Shown piece after piece: positions 27,674 to 40,875 of a stretch of DNA of 64,000 nt. Source of the stretch: Massalongia carnosa (Eukaryota); the NCBI GenBank assembly GCA_965645245.1, contig OZ287077.1, forward strand, positions 992,001 through 1,056,000, in the 5' to 3' direction. Each line of letters begins with the position of its first letter. Positions within the stretch are counted from its first letter, which is position 1. Below the pieces are notes generated by a model. That model did no database searches. It had not been told where the DNA came from and worked only from the letters and a program-made list of their open reading frames with translations. A program made the position numbers and the translations under genes.

Positions 27674-27786
27674 ATGGCGATGACGTGATAGTGGCTTACG
27701 TAAGAGGCAAAAAACTTCCTAGATGCTAAGATTTTGCCCCAAGGTGTATATGTATGTCGATGAGATTCGATTGTTCGTTTTACTAA

Positions 27787-30203
27787 ATGCTTACCTGCCA
27801 TGCATGCTCACGTCAACGTGTTCGCACTGTTTTGGTTAGCCTGTTGGACACATCTTCCTTCCGATCTTTGACGCTTCCTGTACGTCCATCTGTTGGCTCT
27901 GCTTGGTTGCCGTTATGGCTTCGTCGAAGCTATGCCTTGACGCCCGCTCTGGTGCAATCGGCAGATTTAAAGCATGGTTCAGTTTCGATGGGGTTGTTCA
28001 GCGAGCATAAACAGAGGGCAATTGCTGATAGCGAAGTCTTCAGCAAGCAAAGTCTCGAGCAAGAGTTGCGCTACCTGAGAGATCCCCTAAAACTTGCTAG
28101 GTATGTGCTCAGCCTACTGCAGAAGGACGAGAATCGAAAGGCAACCGAGCTAGTCAAGATGGCCAGCAAGCAGTTTGAGTGTACTGTCAGCTGGAACCAT
28201 CTTGTAGATCACGAGATGGGAAAGGGGAGGGTCTCGAGCGCATTGAAGCTCTACAATGATGTACAAAGCTCCAATGCACACACCTTCACCAGCTAAGCTT
28301 TCCGCAGATGAAGAAGCGCGCTCAGAAGCCGGATGCTCAAACATTTACCATCCTTTTCCGCGGGCTCTCCTGGTATCCCGAATACCCCCATTCCTTAGGC
28401 CGCGCTCTTTCAATCTACCAGTCAATGTTCGCTGAGAACTGTCCTGTCAGACCCTCCATCATTCACACCAATGCTGTCCTTCGGGTGTGTTCGCGGTTCA
28501 AGGATACAGATGCCATGTTCGGCATTGCCGCAAAGCTTCCTACTCATGGGCCAGGTGCTGCCAACGCCCTTACCTTCACGACCATCCTGAATGCTATCCG
28601 TACTACTGCCTGGGAGGGCATCAGAGATGACAAACCGGATGGAAAGGCCGAACGGCGGCGTCGAGCTACGATGCAGGGTAGAAGGATGTGGGATGAAATC
28701 ATCGGCCGGTGGCGGAAAGGAGACATCAAGATGGACGAGGATCTGGTGTGCGCGATGGGCCGCCTCCTTCTTCTTGGGGAATCCACGAATGACTATAATG
28801 ATGTGTTTGCGCTTGTTGAGCAGACAATGGGAATAAAATATGAGTCTCCTCCAATGAATCGGCGCAACTCCCAGGCTATTTCGAATGAGCCAAATACCAA
28901 GGCTATCAATAACTTTGCAAAAAAAGCGTTGGCCCCTGCAGATAACTTATTCCCGGACGCTGCTAAGTGCTCCGATGAGTTTTCCCAGGAGTCTGGGGGA
29001 TTCTCGGACGTGCTTTGCAAGGAACCCTCCGACGAGTCATCTTACGAGACTCCTGGTGGCGAATTCACCCCATTCACCGATCCAAATTTGAAAAAATCGC
29101 CACACACCCAGCCAGGCCGCAACACTCTCTCCATGGTCATGGACGCCTGCCTTCGCCTCTGTGCTACTTCCTTAGCCCAGGACTATTGGGGCCTGCTGAC
29201 TGACTCCCGCGGTCCTTATAACATCAATCCCGACGCCGAAAATTACCATGCATACATGCGCCTCTTGCGCCAGCAGCGCGCCAGTAAGCTCTGCGTGGGA
29301 ATCGTCACCGAGATGCGCAACGGGCTCGGCGCCATAGGGTCCACGCTCGCACTCGCGCCTAAGACCTTTCGCATCGCGCTCAGCACTTGCGTACGCGATT
29401 GCAACAATCCGAATGCACTGGAGAACGCAAGCAAGTTGGTGCACATCATGATGGAAACGTTGTCCACGCCGGACGTCAAGGCGCTGAGCATGTATCTGCA
29501 TGTGGCCACGCACCGCCAGAACCGTGAATGGAAGTCGCTGATGACGGTGCTGAAGATGACAACCCAGGGGTTCAAGAACCTGCGGAGTCGTTTGGCCTAC
29601 GCGGGCGCAAAGTTAGGGACGACTGACTCGAGGCTTGAGCAGCAGGAAATGGTGAGCTTAGCGACGAGGCTAATCGGAGCATACGACATCGCGGTGAATC
29701 TAGGCTGGGAGTCGATGAGCAAACCAGAGCGGGCCGAATGTCACGAACAACGGAACGCCCTTAGTGCATGGATCACGCGGATCAACAACATGAGCAGGGG
29801 GAAGATCAGAGCTACGGAGGCTCTAAAAGATAAGGAGAAAGAGGAGGCTCCGGCCAAAACAGCGTCAACTCCTACCTTTGCTCCTCATCGTGCCTCTGTC
29901 CCCAACGAAACGGACCCGTATTATTCAAACTCTGCTTCTTTTGTTTCTCATCAAACTTCTTCAAGTTTGGAGGAGCCCTTGCACCAGCCATCGCGACGTT
30001 CATTCCTTGGCCGGGATCATAAGCGGCCTTTTATGCTGGAGAGGCGTAACAGCAGCATGGCGTGCTTGAAATTCCCACGCAGCAGGGATGGCGGCATTCC
30101 GAGGTCGCGGACTAGGGAAGAGTTTAAGGTGGGGACGGAGATGGGGATGGTGAGGAAGGCGATGAAGAATGATCGGCAACGCTGGGGGGAGGAGAGGTGG
30201 TAG
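27787..30203 (+). CDS. Pentatricopeptide-repeat protein, probably mitochondrial (intron 28261-28307)
   Basis: PPR-like units TVSWNHLVDHEMGKGRVSSALKLYND|MKKRAQKPDAQTFTILFRGL, PSIIHTNAVLRVCSR, ANALTFTTILNA; Arg/Ser/Leu-rich presequence. Confidence 0.85.
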
Positions 30204-31156
30204 TGAGTGGTAGCCGGTGGATACGCAGAGACTTGACGCGCAGGCAGGGGATGGGGGAAGTATTTTCCAAGACTTTGTGCGGCGAAAAGACGAAGCTGCA
30301 TGAAACCTATAATTATTTAGGCCAATACGATCCAAGCGGACTCACCTTTAGAGTCCTTCTTTACAGATTTGGGTGAAGAGCACATGCAGAGCGTGGCCGG
30401 ATCGGATCGGATCGGATTGGGTTGCTTAGTAGGTAAATCTATTCTACCATACTCTGCTCTACTCTACTCTACGAAGTGGAATGGAATGAGAGGAGAAGAT
30501 GAGAGGAAAGAGTCCCTGTCTCCTTAATGGATCCCAGAAGAGGGAATTAATGAACGAATCTAATGAATAGATGGATGAATAATAGGGGGAACCGCGCCTT
30601 CCTTCTCCTGAGAACTTGTTGTCTAGGGAGATTGACTAAGGAAGGGGGGGGGGGGGGGGTAAAAGAGAGAGGAAGTGAAAGAAGAAACTCTTTAAAAATA
30701 ACAAAAATGTGCGTCAATAAATGTCCGTAACAAGCCATCGTCGTCCGATGAAATGAACTGAACGAGAATCGGCAAGGTGATATGCGTTCGGATCTACCTA
30801 GGTTAGCTATTGTTGTTGATAATTAAGGCGACCTGATCTCGGTACACGGCTTGGAAGGTGGATTTGGAGGAAACCGGGAAGGAGAGAGGATGGACGGATG
30901 GAAACTCCGATTTCCAACTGTTTTGTTTCGGGGGGAGCAATGTAGAGGAGGGGGCATTTTTGAGTGATTGGAGGAAAAGCTTGACAGCTCAAAAACCTTA
31001 GCATTTTTGCAACGAAAACTACAGCTGCCTTGGCCGCGTGCTCGGCTATGTTTCCAGTCCCGTACGGGAGATATCCTTGCTTTCGTAGACCAAGGCCTTT
31101 GATACTTTATGTGATCACAACTCGTAGCGTTTCCCCAAGACTGGATTACAAACGTT

Positions 31157-33069
31157 TCAATCCTCGGAATCTTCGCTAGAAAATGACAGATCCGGATCTG
31201 TGGGCGGATCAATATAGATGGATACAGCGGAACAAATTAACACTCACCTCTGCTTAACGTGAACTCAAACTTTCCATCCACCTTCGCGGCCAACTCATCT
31301 TTAATCAGCGATTGCTCCCCGACCGTAAGATCGCTCTCCATCTCCGCGTTCATCACCGCAATCACCAGACCCTTGTTTCCCGGCCCAAGGTGCTGAATAA
31401 AATCCAGGATGCCCTCGGCCGAGAAGTCAGTTAAGGCGCTCAGTTCTAGTCTCCGCAGCGACTTCAAAGATGACACGTCGTGCCAGATGTAATCGGTGAT
31501 CCCGTATCCGCCTGTCGACCAAGTCTCCAGCTTCGGCAAGCTTCGAGCGACCCGGGAGATTTCTTTGTCGCGGAAGTAGTCGGCGATATCTTTTAAGCAT
31601 AGATCCGTCAGATTTACCAGCTTACACACTGATTCCACCAATACATCGATACCGTCCGTACCTAGATCGTCGGTTTCTCCTCGTAGCAAGAGGGTTTCCA
31701 AGCTCGTTTGATTGGCAATGGCTTGGTGGAACGCCCTCACATCTTTCATTTGATACCCTTCATACTCTAAGCTTGTAAGGTGAATGCCGTTCTCCAAGAG
31801 AACGGGGGTCATTATATCGGAAGCATGCAGAAAATTTTTGAAGCTAATATATCGCAGCTTTTTACAGTTCTTAAGCCACTCGATAATCTCCGAAAAGACG
31901 CCTTTATGCGAAGTCTTGAGATCGGTGTATGGCTGAATAGCTTCTGCCAAGGATAGTGAGACCAAGTTTGTGCAGTCTTTTAAAAACGAGATTCCAGGCA
32001 TGGCCTTTGGTGGGATTCTGTTAAGCTTGAGATCAGTAAGTGACTGCGCATGACTGTTCAGGGCCGTAAGACTTTCGATCCCAATCTCGGAATAACTAAA
32101 GATCTCAAATGACTCAAGGGACCGTGGGCGTAACTCGTTCAGGAAGGCAGACATCAAGTAATCGGCATCACAGTGCACCCTAGAAAGGTTAGAAAATCTT
32201 CCCTCGGGCGAACGTTAACCATTACCAGGCCCAGAATTTTAGCGTTTTGAAAGAGGGACAATGACGATGGAGCAGATCCCCGGTACCAGCGAGACAGCCT
32301 CCTTGCCATGGATTCAAGTGTTTTAAGCGAGGCAACCGAGGTAACCATCGTGACAGGAAGGGGTTGAGCACTGGATGAGGAATGTTAGCGGCTTTGCTGA
32401 GCATTGGCATGCCGCTGCATGTCTTACCATTCCCTATCAGTTCTTCTATGAGTGGAGCCTGTTTCGTAATAGCTATTGTTATTTTTAGAGTACAGCTTGT
32501 ACGACGGAAACGATCTGTTACCTTCTCCTATTATGTTGATAGTCTCCACCGCATCCAGTTGACGTCGTTTACTCCCTGTACTGTTTTCAACTCTAAAAAC
32601 TGCCATTTCCCCCCGGAAAAACTCTCTTGGTTCATGTCAGTCGAGTTCCACTAAAATGAATCGATTCGGCTCACTGGCTGACCCCTTCTTTGAACTTTGG
32701 GTCGCTGAGCAGCTCCTCCAGATCTCGAAGATTCAGCGTGCGGATATAGTGCGAGTAAGGATATAGTGTCTTGTTAAGGCTAGACAGGATAAGGCTACGC
32801 CACAACCCAGCCCATTTTATACAGATGACGGTCCCTTGCACCCAACATCCAAACCGTGTGCTGTCCCACTGATCTTGGTTTGAAACTCTAAGTTCATCAC
32901 TGCCGCCATTGATGACAGGTGCTACATCATGCATGCGGTACAAGTTCATCAAGGCCGGAAGCGAAAGGCGTTTCCCTGCGCAAGCGCAACTAAAGAGTGT
33001 ATTGAAGTCCCGCTGATGATATAGCTGCACGCAGATCATGTACAAGATATCATCTGGAAGGGATGCCAT
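31157..33069 (-). CDS. F-box-like/leucine-rich-repeat (RNI-like) protein, multi-exon
   Basis: N-terminal SLPDDILYMICVQL (F-box-like), YPYSHYIRTLNLRDLEELL, repeated LxxLxL units; last exon DPDLSFSSEDSED* at 31197-31157. Confidence 0.75.
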
Positions 33070-34816
33070 ATTCGCAAAGGATTTCGAAGTCCGAACTTGA
33101 ATTTTTATAAGAGACGAAAATTATCGAATATGAACAGAAACATGGAAACGAGGCCGAGAAGGAGCATGGGCAAGAATTTGAAGATATGGATTTTAAGAGT
33201 CCACGATCAAGTGCATGGGCAAGAAAGTATACGGATACGACAGGCGCGGTTTGACGCGATCACTATCCCCCTTTAGTCTAGCGTACATCAGTCATATGAG
33301 GCCTTAGTATAACGTCGTCATGGCTCCGGCCGTGGGCTTTGACTCAAGATCATTTATATTTTGTTAAGCTGCTCTACAAACTTTGTCTACAACAGACTAA
33401 GGCCCTTGAACTTTCCTCCGCCATAGACAAAACTTATTTGTTGAGAAACGCGTTGGAGTTGCATCTTTTCGTTGGTTAAGCTGCTTTTAATCATGAATGA
33501 AGAAAATTCTGAATGATCAACGTTCCAGCGTTAGGATCTGAAGCGTTGAGCTCATTCGCGGTGAGCAGCCTCTCTTTTAAATATTACTGCTGCTAAGAAA
33601 AAGCCGCTGCTGAAAACTTATCGAGCTTCATTATGCTGAAGCCTATCGACCAAAGTAGTTTCCACTTAATAAAGGACGACGATAGCGATACGACAATTGA
33701 TAAGAAATGGGCTAGTACCTAATCCTTGACGCCAAATTTCCAATATCTTGGTAATTCTTCCAGGCGGACGAGTTCCAGAGTCCTGACGCATTTAGCTCCG
33801 ATGGTTTGCATTAGGAAGGGCTAAGGCGATTTTGTATCCTTGCTATTCTGTTTACTATAATAGAAGATCGCCAAATATGAGTTGAGATATTTTACCTGGT
33901 ACACACTGATGTAGCTCATGCACTATTAGACTTTCTCTGTTATCATGATATCGCATTGGCTAATTAAAAAATCTGGTTTCTAGGATCGTCCAATTGCATA
34001 GTCATTTCGCTGATCTCAACCATTAGGGGGGTAAGCGTTTTAGAAAGGTTGAAGTTGGCAAGGTCGCAAATCAGCAAGATGGCGTTTTTGCTTGTAAACT
34101 GTTCTGTAATATAGTGGCTTGAAATTTAGACAGCTAGATGGAACACTACTCGTAAACATAAGATCAACTGAACAAGATATCAATTTCAAAAGTATTCAGG
34201 CAATGGCTTACCAAGTTTGAGGACAGCTAGATCAGACATACATTGGTGTATATTAAATAAGTACGCAAACTTGATAAGATCAATTTCAAATTGAAAGGTG
34301 GAAAATATGCATTAAATATCACTGAGTCCCACCAATAACTAAAATGAAATTGCTCAATTTGCACCCACTATAGTTTTCGGTCCGCTTGTTTTCTGTGGCT
34401 TTCCGTCATGCCTGGGTCGACCAGTCCTATGTATACAGCTCGGAAGAGCCAAGATAAGTAAACTGCTGAGGACTTGATCTTCGCTGCCAGCTCTCTTGCT
34501 TTATTAACTCCAAACCTCTTCCCCCATATTCCCTCCCAACATCCTGCGCTGATAGTCAAAAACAGAACAAAGATCGTTGCGCTGCAAGATTAAACCCTGC
34601 TAGTTGAATCTAATAATATTTATTAGAATAACTTTCCCAACGCTACAGCAAAGTTTAAGTTTACCAACGGGTATAAGTACAAGCAATAGAACGATAACGA
34701 GTGGAGCTTACAGTATATTCGTAGGTATCATGGGAGGCCTGTTGCCATCTAGTATCACCGCGGTCAATGAGCTGGATGACAGCGGCTATTTGAGCGCCGT
34801 TTGATCGGGTTTCTGT

Positions 34817-36670
34817 TTATTCCTTGAGAAGTTGCTGGAGGACAGCAATCTGCTCCAGTATACTTGATTTGCTCTAGCCGGATCCATCAGATTGAATGGG
34901 TTTTCGCACTACGCCAGGTTGGGGTGAAGGAAAGAGCTTACGGTTCCACCCGTTGCAGTTCGCATCTCCACGCTCTTCTCATGGTCAAAGACAAAGTCTG
35001 CTCCCAATCTCTTGTCCACCGATTGAAGATCCTTGTGCGAGAGCTTGTCCATGGGCGTACACTTCTTCTCCGCCAAGGCTACCACTTGACCGGAGATATG
35101 ATGAGTTTCGCGAAACGGCACACCCTTTCGGACAAGGTAGTCTGCAAGATCTTGGTGGAGTATTAGTGAAAGCGTTGGTGGCTGCTCGGACGTACATAGT
35201 GGGGACAGACCTGTAGCTAGCATATCCGGCGTTATGGCAGCAAGCATATCTCCAGGTTGAATGGTCAAGGTGCTCATCACGCCTGTCAGGATTTGGATTG
35301 AGTCACCTACTGTCTTCACACAGTCTAGTAGCGGCTCAACTGACTCTTGTAAATCCCTGGTCCCTTGTTAGAATTTGGTTTATCCTTATTGGGGCGGAAA
35401 TTTGATATATACATACTTGTTATATGTAGATGGTAGACCCTGTATAACAGCTTCATTTAGTGGCAAGGAACGACTAAGTCTAGGTATTGAGTGCTTACTT
35501 TGGTTGAGACCATAAGTCCAACCATCTGGCCGATGACTCGGCCGCTCTTTCCTCGCAACAGCTCTAAGCTATCAGGGTTTTTCTAAACCTGCGTTAGAAG
35601 CAAGAAACAAACCGAGCCACAAACGAAGGATAAACCACCTTCTGCGGCATCAGCGAGCTTCCGGTGCTATACGCGTCTGCAAGTTTGACAAAACCAAACT
35701 CAGCGGTGCTGTATATGATGAGGTCTTCGCTTATCCTCGAGACATCCCCCATAAGCTCTGCTGCCCATTGCATTGTCTCAACTGCGAATTTTCGGTCTCC
35801 AACTGCACCCAGCGAGTTCATCAATAATCCCTCGAATCCTAGCTCTTTCGCCATTGCTTCTCGGTCGACTCCAAAAGGATTTCCCGCCAGGGCTCCGCAA
35901 CCCAACGGGCTCTTATTTACCCTCTTAATGACCTCTCTTAACCTTTCCAGATCCGAAGCGAAAGCAAAAGCATAGCTGCATATCCAATGTGACCAGCGAA
36001 TCGGCTGGGCTCTTTGTAGGTGTGTATAGCCAGGCATACAGACATCTATCTCAACCTTTGCTCGCGCAGTCATTGCTTTTACTAACTCTTCGGACCATTT
36101 CTCGATCTTCCGTAGTTCTTGTACAAGCCATAACCTGGATATAGGTTAGGTCATATGATAGACGTCGATAAAAGGTTATTACCTCATATCTGTTGCAATC
36201 TGTAATATTACATTAATACCGTCTCTAGACATAACACTTTCAACTTACCTGTTCATTCCTTGACCTTCCCGTGTGCAATTTTCCTCCAATCTCTTTCCCC
36301 ACAAGCTCCGATAAACGTCGTTCATTCGCGGTATGGATGTCTTCGTCTACTCCCGGCCTGATATTGAATCTGCCATCCTCCCATTCTTTCTTTACCTGAT
36401 TTAACCCTTCCTCTATGGTGGAGAACTCCTTCGCAGAAATAATACCACGATGATGGTTTGCTCGTGCCCAGGCTACAGACCCAGCAATATCTTGGGCATA
36501 AAAGGCCCGATCGTAGAATATTGACTGATTATATTCTATCATCAACGGATCCAGGCCGCCTTTAAAACATTAGTCTGAATAACGGAAACGATTGGACGTT
36601 GAAGCGGTTTACCTGTGAAGCGGCCGCCCCATAGCTTGCCCGACGCACTACTATTTGGCTGATCCTGCAT
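34817..36670 (-). CDS. ARG4: Argininosuccinate lyase, many short exons
   Basis: [75 protein letters not shown]; last exon [18 protein letters not shown]. Confidence 0.96.
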
Positions 36671-37007
36671 ACTTATTTGGCGGCAATTTCTGTTTGAACA
36701 AAAAACTATTGGTCAAAGAATCAATGGAAACTCGGTGTGGGTACTTTTGAAAAAGAATTTTAAATATTTTGACAGTCAGGATTCTATGAAGGCATTGGTG
36801 TGGATTTAAATACTTAATTAGTCTCGTACGCTTTACTTTACAATGAGCCCATTTAACTCATCACGTGCAAGTGCCTTTCGTTTAAACCCTCAGGTACTCT
36901 GTATGTATTTACATTTGGGGTTCAATTGCAACATTGTCACGTGAGAAAATATGTTGAAAGAAGGTACTACATTGTTTGACCTCAGAGTTTGAGACATAGT
37001 TGGAAAG

Positions 37008-38681
37008 ATGCCTACCCTGAGCTTCACGCTTTTGCCAGAGGGCGTTTCCCGAGTTCATGATGCCGTTGTATGCCTCTCGAAATTCAGCGAGTCAGTGTCT
37101 ATAGAAGCTCGTCATGACAAAGTGGGTATCTGATCTTGAGGGAGTAGGCATTATGCTGATGCCTACGTATTTTTAGTTTGTTCTAACTGCTTTAAACTCA
37201 TCAAAATCTGCATATGCATCTTTTTGTCTTGATAAGACGGCCTTCTTTGAAAAGTATTGTTACGGCTCCACTCAATCCAGGGCGTGGCAAGCTCGTGGCG
37301 ACGCGGAGCCACGTTTCACCTGCCAAGTTTATAATAAAGTATTTTCAAGATTTCTGTTCTACATTTTCCGAAGATTTGACCCGGTTTGATTCAGGCGCTG
37401 CTTTCGGTATTTAGATCGCGCCTGCTAGATGTCCGAGAAAGAAATGCTGCGGTAGAAAAATGCGAGGTTTCCGTTCAAGAACAATCTGACAAGACCGAAT
37501 GCCGCTTGGTGGTCAAGCTAATTTGTAGACATGGTGTGTTGGTTGGGCTTCTCTTCAAGGTTTTTCTAATAATATGGCTCGCCGCAAGGAGTCACAAAGA
37601 CGTACAAACTCACCTATGAGTCGGTAGAGGTCATGCAGGCTTTGTTTGACAAGAATTCCGCAAAGAACAAATGGCAGATCAGTGCAAGCATACTACGATC
37701 ATTTATCGAATATTTCGGGGCCAATACGGAACAGCTTGATATGTACTCAGAGGGCGGGCGTGCTCAGTTCACAAGCTATACCGAAAAGATCATGAACGGA
37801 AAGGGTTAGATAAGGCATTTGCTTGACAAGATTTATTTTCTAATGAGTGGTAGAGGTCTTGAAACAACCGTTGCAAACCTGTGTTGCCATAGATGTGCTG
37901 GAATTTGAGAGTTTTAACGTAGAGGAAAGAGTCCATATTGGCATAAGCGTTAAAGACTTCAAATCCATTGTTTTGCATGCCGAAACGCTCAAAGCAAGCA
38001 TCGCTGCCTCGTTCTCCCGGCCAAGTCATCCCATGCAGTTGTCATACCGCGAACGTGGAATGCAATGTGAGTTTACGCTCATGACCACTGGAGAATACCG
38101 CGGCGGCTCTGTAACACCTGCTCCTGCTGTGGCTCAGAACTCTTCAGCAACGCCAAGCGATCGACAAGCCCCACGCCAATCTCCCGCCACCCAGTCGTTG
38201 ACCGAAAAGCTTCCTCGAGAATCGAGCAATGCGATGCCTCCCCCAACTCAGCCAGCATCACGCAGTTTCGCTCGAGAGTTTCCAAGTCAACGGCCACCTA
38301 GACCATCTCCGCCGCCGCCCAAAGCCAGCCTGGATGAAGAAAGCTTGTTTATTCCAGCTGAGAGCAATGATGATCGGAGATGGGGCGAAAAAATTTTCGA
38401 CGAAGATGAAGATATCCTAGGATGGGATCCAAATGCTGAAAATGTCGGAATTCCTGTTTCGTAAGCATTGATATTTGCTTATCATAATCTAGGCATCTCT
38501 TTCAATTGGTCTAGGTGACTCTCGCGAAGACTTAAAGACTTCATCAAGATTAGGTGAATGGCCAGATGGCAATGAGGAGCGTTTGGCGCCTACTCAACGA
38601 CTCTCAGAGGTATATGATTTGATATTCTTGGCTGGTTATTCACTGATTGCTCTCAAGATAACTACTTTGTTTGGCGAATGA
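37008..38681 (+). CDS. rad9: 9-1-1 checkpoint clamp subunit Rad9/Ddc1, multi-exon
   Basis: HDAVVCLSKFSESVSIEA, LTALNSSKSAYASF, CRLVVKLICRHG, LKQPLQTCVAID, HIGISVKDFKSIVLHAE; Pro/Ser-rich acidic tail. Confidence 0.88.
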
Positions 38682-38939
38682 TGCATCTCTGCCTCCACTT
38701 CGCCTATTACTCTTCAGAGTGAGCGAGTGTTAAGGTCATATGAGAGCTATCAAAGAATCTATAGGCTTCCAAACCTATAATTCCAAACACCAAGGAGCTT
38801 ACATCACAATTCTAGTACAGTGGGTTGCCAACAGTCTGGCAAACATACCCATGGATCTAGCGGGCAAGGTGCTCCAGCTACAGAACTTTGAGAGCATTTC
38901 ACGAGAAAACGGCAGATATCTCGTGTCATCGTGGGATGC

Positions 38940-39989
38940 TTATGTCCACAGAAAGCTGGTTGCGCAACCAGCAGCGATTTTCTGCGGTACAGCATTTTCG
39001 TCTATTGATGGTATTGGAATTTCACTCCACCGATTTTTCACGTCTCCATCTGGATCTGTGTCAGCACCGCAATTACCGTGCTCACCCCAACCCCAGCTTA
39101 TTATCTGCCTGGATTCTGTCAATGCAAGAACATGTTCACTTCCCACAGCCATTTTGTTTATTTCTGGTAGATTTTCAGGACCAAGCTGGCCACGATCGTT
39201 TCGGCCCCAAGATATTATCTGACTAGTTGCTTTCAAAACGAAAATGCTACCCCAGCTTGCTCCAATATCTCTCCAATCACATAGGTTCAGGGGTGCGCTA
39301 GACCTAACGCTCCATTTGTCTGCTCCTAAAACTGCATGGTGTCCTTTTTGCGGGTCTCCTACGAGATATGTGAAATCTTTGCCACATACCGCACGAACAA
39401 CCTTGAAGGTAAGGCATTCTATTTTGCGGGGCGTCCATATGATCTCTCTTGGCTCCCCAAGCTGGCCTTTACGTCCATTTCCCCATCCATAGACTTCTCC
39501 TGTTGACAATACCACAACTGTATGACTAAGACAGCTAGCAACGTCTACCACGTTAGTCTCAGCTGGGAAAAATTTGGCCAACTTTTGAGGCTTCGGTGAG
39601 ACTGCACATCCCGTCCCCAATTCTCCTCTAGGTCCACTCCCAAATGTGTATATATGATCATCTGTAGTCACCACTACCGAAGCCTCCCATGTTGCGGAAC
39701 ATAATTTAACACTAGGAATCGATGGGCCTAAATCTATTCTTGTAAACTTCTTAATTGATTCTTGCGCCGAGAAATGACCTGCGCGACCATTTACGTTTGA
39801 CCCGACTGAATATAAGAATCCAGATTCAAAGAGAGCCAAGGTATGATTGCCTCCAGCTGCAATGTGCATGTGTGGTTCATTCTTTCCTTCATGAGTGTCA
39901 TCGAAGTGACACCGCTTGGGATAGTTTACATCCCCTTTACCGGAAATACCTAACTGGCCCGATCCATTAGATCCAAAGCCATAGAGCAT
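38940..39989 (-). CDS. ATS1: RCC1-repeat protein, Ats1/Kti13-like
   Basis: MLYGFGSNGSGQLG, IAAGGNHT, YGWGNGRKGQLG, SWGWGEHGNCG, IAAGCATSF; single exon. Confidence 0.8.
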   Translation of the reverse strand: MLYGFGSNGSGQLGISGKGDVNYPKRCHFDDTHEGKNEPHMHIAAGGNHTLALFESGFLYSVGSNVNGRAGHFSAQESIKKFTRIDLGPSIPSVKLCSATWEASVVVTTDDHIYTFGSGPRGELGTGCAVSPKPQKLAKFFPAETNVVDVASCLSHTVVVLSTGEVYGWGNGRKGQLGEPREIIWTPRKIECLTFKVVRAVCGKDFTYLVGDPQKGHHAVLGADKWSVRSSAPLNLCDWRDIGASWGSIFVLKATSQIISWGRNDRGQLGPENLPEINKMAVGSEHVLALTESRQIISWGWGEHGNCGADTDPDGDVKNRWSEIPIPSIDENAVPQKIAAGCATSFLWT

Positions 39990-40212
39990 CGTCAACTATC
40001 GACTCTTGAAATTCTTTGTGTGATATTTAGGCGGTTTGTACTATGGTTGGAGACATCCGGGATATATGGTGACCCTCGACTGTTAATTTACAGCTCACCC
40101 AAGCTAACTAAGCGAAAAATTAGCGCAGCCCTAGAGCTTCCCACACACGCTAGCCATCGGAATTTCGCCGACCAAAGCCCAAACGACAGCAACAAAATCC
40201 ATATCGACCATA

Positions 40213-40875
40213 ATGGCACCTACGCAAAGCGTTCAGTGCTTCGGCAAGAAGAAGACCGGTATGACGGTCTCTAGACTTCCTTCATGAGAAATCAAAGCTA
40301 ACAACAGGACCAGCAACGGCGGTTGCGCATTGCAAGGTATGCTTTCGCGATTCGCGACTACAATCTCAAAAGCCACCTCCTACTTACCAGCCCTCTATCT
40401 CTTTACAGGCAGGTAAAGGCCTTGTCAAAGTCAACGGCAAACCTCTGTCTCTCATGCAACCCGAAATCCTCCGTTTCAAAGTACCCTCCGCCCCCTTCCC
40501 CCCTTTCCCCCAGCCTCTCTCCCTCTCTCTCCCCCTCTCCACCCTTACACTAACACCACCCTTCCCTTTCCCCCCAACTCCCAGGTCTACGAACCCCTCC
40601 TCATCGTCGGCCTGGACAAATTCAGCGCCGTGGACATCCGCGTCCGCGTCAATGGCGGCGGCCACACCTCGCAGATCTATGCCATCCGCCAAGCCATCGC
40701 CAAAGCCATCGTGGCCTACTACCAGAAATACGTCGACGAATACGCCAAGAACCATATCAAGCAGGCCCTCGTGCAGTACGATCGCACCCTGCTCGTGGCC
40801 GATAACCGGCGGTGCGAGCCGAAGAAGTTTGGGGGGCCGGGCGCAAGGGCGAGGTACCAGAAGAGTTATCGTTAG
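40213..40875 (+). CDS. RPS16: 40S ribosomal protein uS9 (S16), 4 exons
   Basis: [36 protein letters not shown]...|VYEPLL...[24 protein letters not shown]...[19 protein letters not shown]. Confidence 0.98.

Noticed and set aside
34129..34295. Degenerate ~93-bp duplication (GACAGCTAGAT...ATCAATTTCAAA)
   Set aside because: Only two poorly matching units with multiple stops; cannot support a gene or element call.
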